This document shows, piece by piece, positions 63,238 to 64,000 of a stretch of 64,000 nt of DNA. The DNA is from Kiritimatiellia bacterium (GTDB taxonomy: Bacteria > Verrucomicrobiota > Kiritimatiellia > RFP12 > UBA1067), in NCBI GenBank assembly GCA_045536845.1, contig JAZSOG010000036.1, forward strand, positions 6,899 to 70,898, written 5' to 3'. Under the pieces are notes generated by a model. The model did no database searches and had not been told where the DNA came from. It saw only the letters and a program-made list of their open reading frames with translations. Position 1 is the first letter of the stretch. Each line of letters starts with the position of its first letter. A program made the translations under genes and the position numbers.

Positions 63238-64000
63238 AGATCGGCTTCGACAACGACAAGTACCTGAAAGAGCAGTCCGAAGAGATCCGCCGCCGCGCCG
63301 GGAAGTACGGCCGCCTCTACCTCGAGTTCGGCGGGAAGCTCATGAACGACTTCCACGCCGCGAGGTGCCTCCCCGGATACCATCCGAACGTGAAGCTCCG
63401 GCTTCTCCAGTCGCTCAAGGACCAGGCCGAGGTCATTCTCTGCATCTATGCCGGCGACATCGAGCGTAAGAAGATGCGCGCCGACTTCGGCATCTCCTAC
63501 GCCGACGACGCGCTAAAGCTCATCGACGACCTCTCGTCTCTTGGGCTTACGGTGCGAGGCGTCGTGGTGACGCGCTACGAAGGGCAGATCGCGGCCCAGC
63601 AGTTCGGCCAGAAGCTCGAGTCGCGCGGCGTCAAGTGCTATTTCCACGGCAAGACCCTCGGATATCCCGCCGACGTCGACACTGTCGTCTCGGACCAGGG
63701 CTACGGCAAGAATCCGTTCATTCCCGTCGAGCGTCCGATTGTCGTCGTCACAGCTCCGGGCCCGGGCTCGGGCAAGTTCGCGACGTGCCTCAACCAGATC
63801 TACCACGAATACCGCCAGGGACGCCTCGCTGGGTACTCTAAGTTCGAGAGCTTCCCTGTCTGGAACCTTCCGCTCCACCATCCGCTCAACATCGCGTACG
63901 AAGCGGCTACGATCGATCTCAAGGACAAGAACATGATCGATCCGTATCACCTCGCCGCGTACGGAAAGACTGCCGTCAACTACAACCGCGACGTCGACGC
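63234..64000 (+). CDS. DUF1846 (UPF0371) family protein, N-terminal part (3' end outside window)
   Basis: It is not in the ORF track because there is no in-window stop. The GTG 63234 frame is open to the window end. [18 protein letters not shown] ... LYLEFGGKL ... ARCLPGY matches the conserved DUF1846 N-terminus. Confidence 0.75.
   Translation, partial: MKIGFDNDKYLKEQSEEIRRRAGKYGRLYLEFGGKLMNDFHAARCLPGYHPNVKLRLLQSLKDQAEVILCIYAGDIERKKMRADFGISYADDALKLIDDLSSLGLTVRGVVVTRYEGQIAAQQFGQKLESRGVKCYFHGKTLGYPADVDTVVSDQGYGKNPFIPVERPIVVVTAPGPGSGKFATCLNQIYHEYRQGRLAGYSKFESFPVWNLPLHHPLNIAYEAATIDLKDKNMIDPYHLAAYGKTAVNYNRDVD

Overview
This is a 64 kb, high-GC chromosomal segment, densely coded on both strands. 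Many genes have ATGA/GTGA stop-start overlaps. Gene content suggests a PVC-type bacterium (Lentisphaerota, Kiritimatiellota or Verrucomicrobiota-like), but that is a weak inference. It rests on a Ser/Thr kinase coupled to an ECF sigma factor, FGE-sulfatase and BspA-type LRR exported proteins, a divergent FtsZ and fused biosynthetic genes.

Most of the window is housekeeping:
- Amino acid and aromatic biosynthesis: trpC(partial)-trpB-trpA-trpF, pheA, asd, a fused aroK/aroB and aroA.
- Translation and nucleic-acid maintenance: rplU-rpmA, prmA, nfo, an RNA methyltransferase, aspS, nadA, rluD, lepA and mutL.
- Transport: an MFS transporter, potABCD and a Na/Pi cotransporter.
- Cell division and wall: a dcw block (ftsZ-ftsA-ftsQ-ddl) lying divergent from a fused murC/murB.
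- Thiamine genes: thiS-thiF, thiG, thiH and thiC; two paralogous TPP riboswitches control thiS-thiF and thiG.
- Envelope and regulation: an ArnT-like/GT2 pair with an OmpR/HK two-component system.
- The right end: nifU and a partial DUF1846 gene.

Two regions look accessory:
1. 49.7-59.9 kb is a defence-island-like block. It holds hipBA, an orphan STAND/AAA-type ATPase behind a perfect 12-bp palindrome, and a complete four-gene SMC-like operon that fits JetABCD (Wadjet). It ends at a doubly truncated tag remnant.
2. 14.6-20.8 kb holds a translationally coupled Ser/Thr kinase and ECF sigma factor, followed by three exported proteins in a lower-GC stretch. Two of those genes are preceded by near-identical ~77-bp promoter-plus-hairpin elements. 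Two of the proteins share a novel N-terminal module.

Non-genic signals:
- A ~400-nt highly structured palindromic element lies between rluD and aroKB.
- A dispersed family of GGAGTCA/GGGGTCA/GGAGTTG short tandem repeats occurs at five loci, including in-frame inside aroKB and the mutL linker.
- Inverted 8-mer arrays flank trpB.
- A near-invariant extended -10 (TGGTATAAT) often sits 7-9 nt from the ATG, implying leaderless mRNAs.

I found no rRNA, tRNA, CRISPR array, integrase or transposase. All family calls come from motif recognition by eye; no database search was run.
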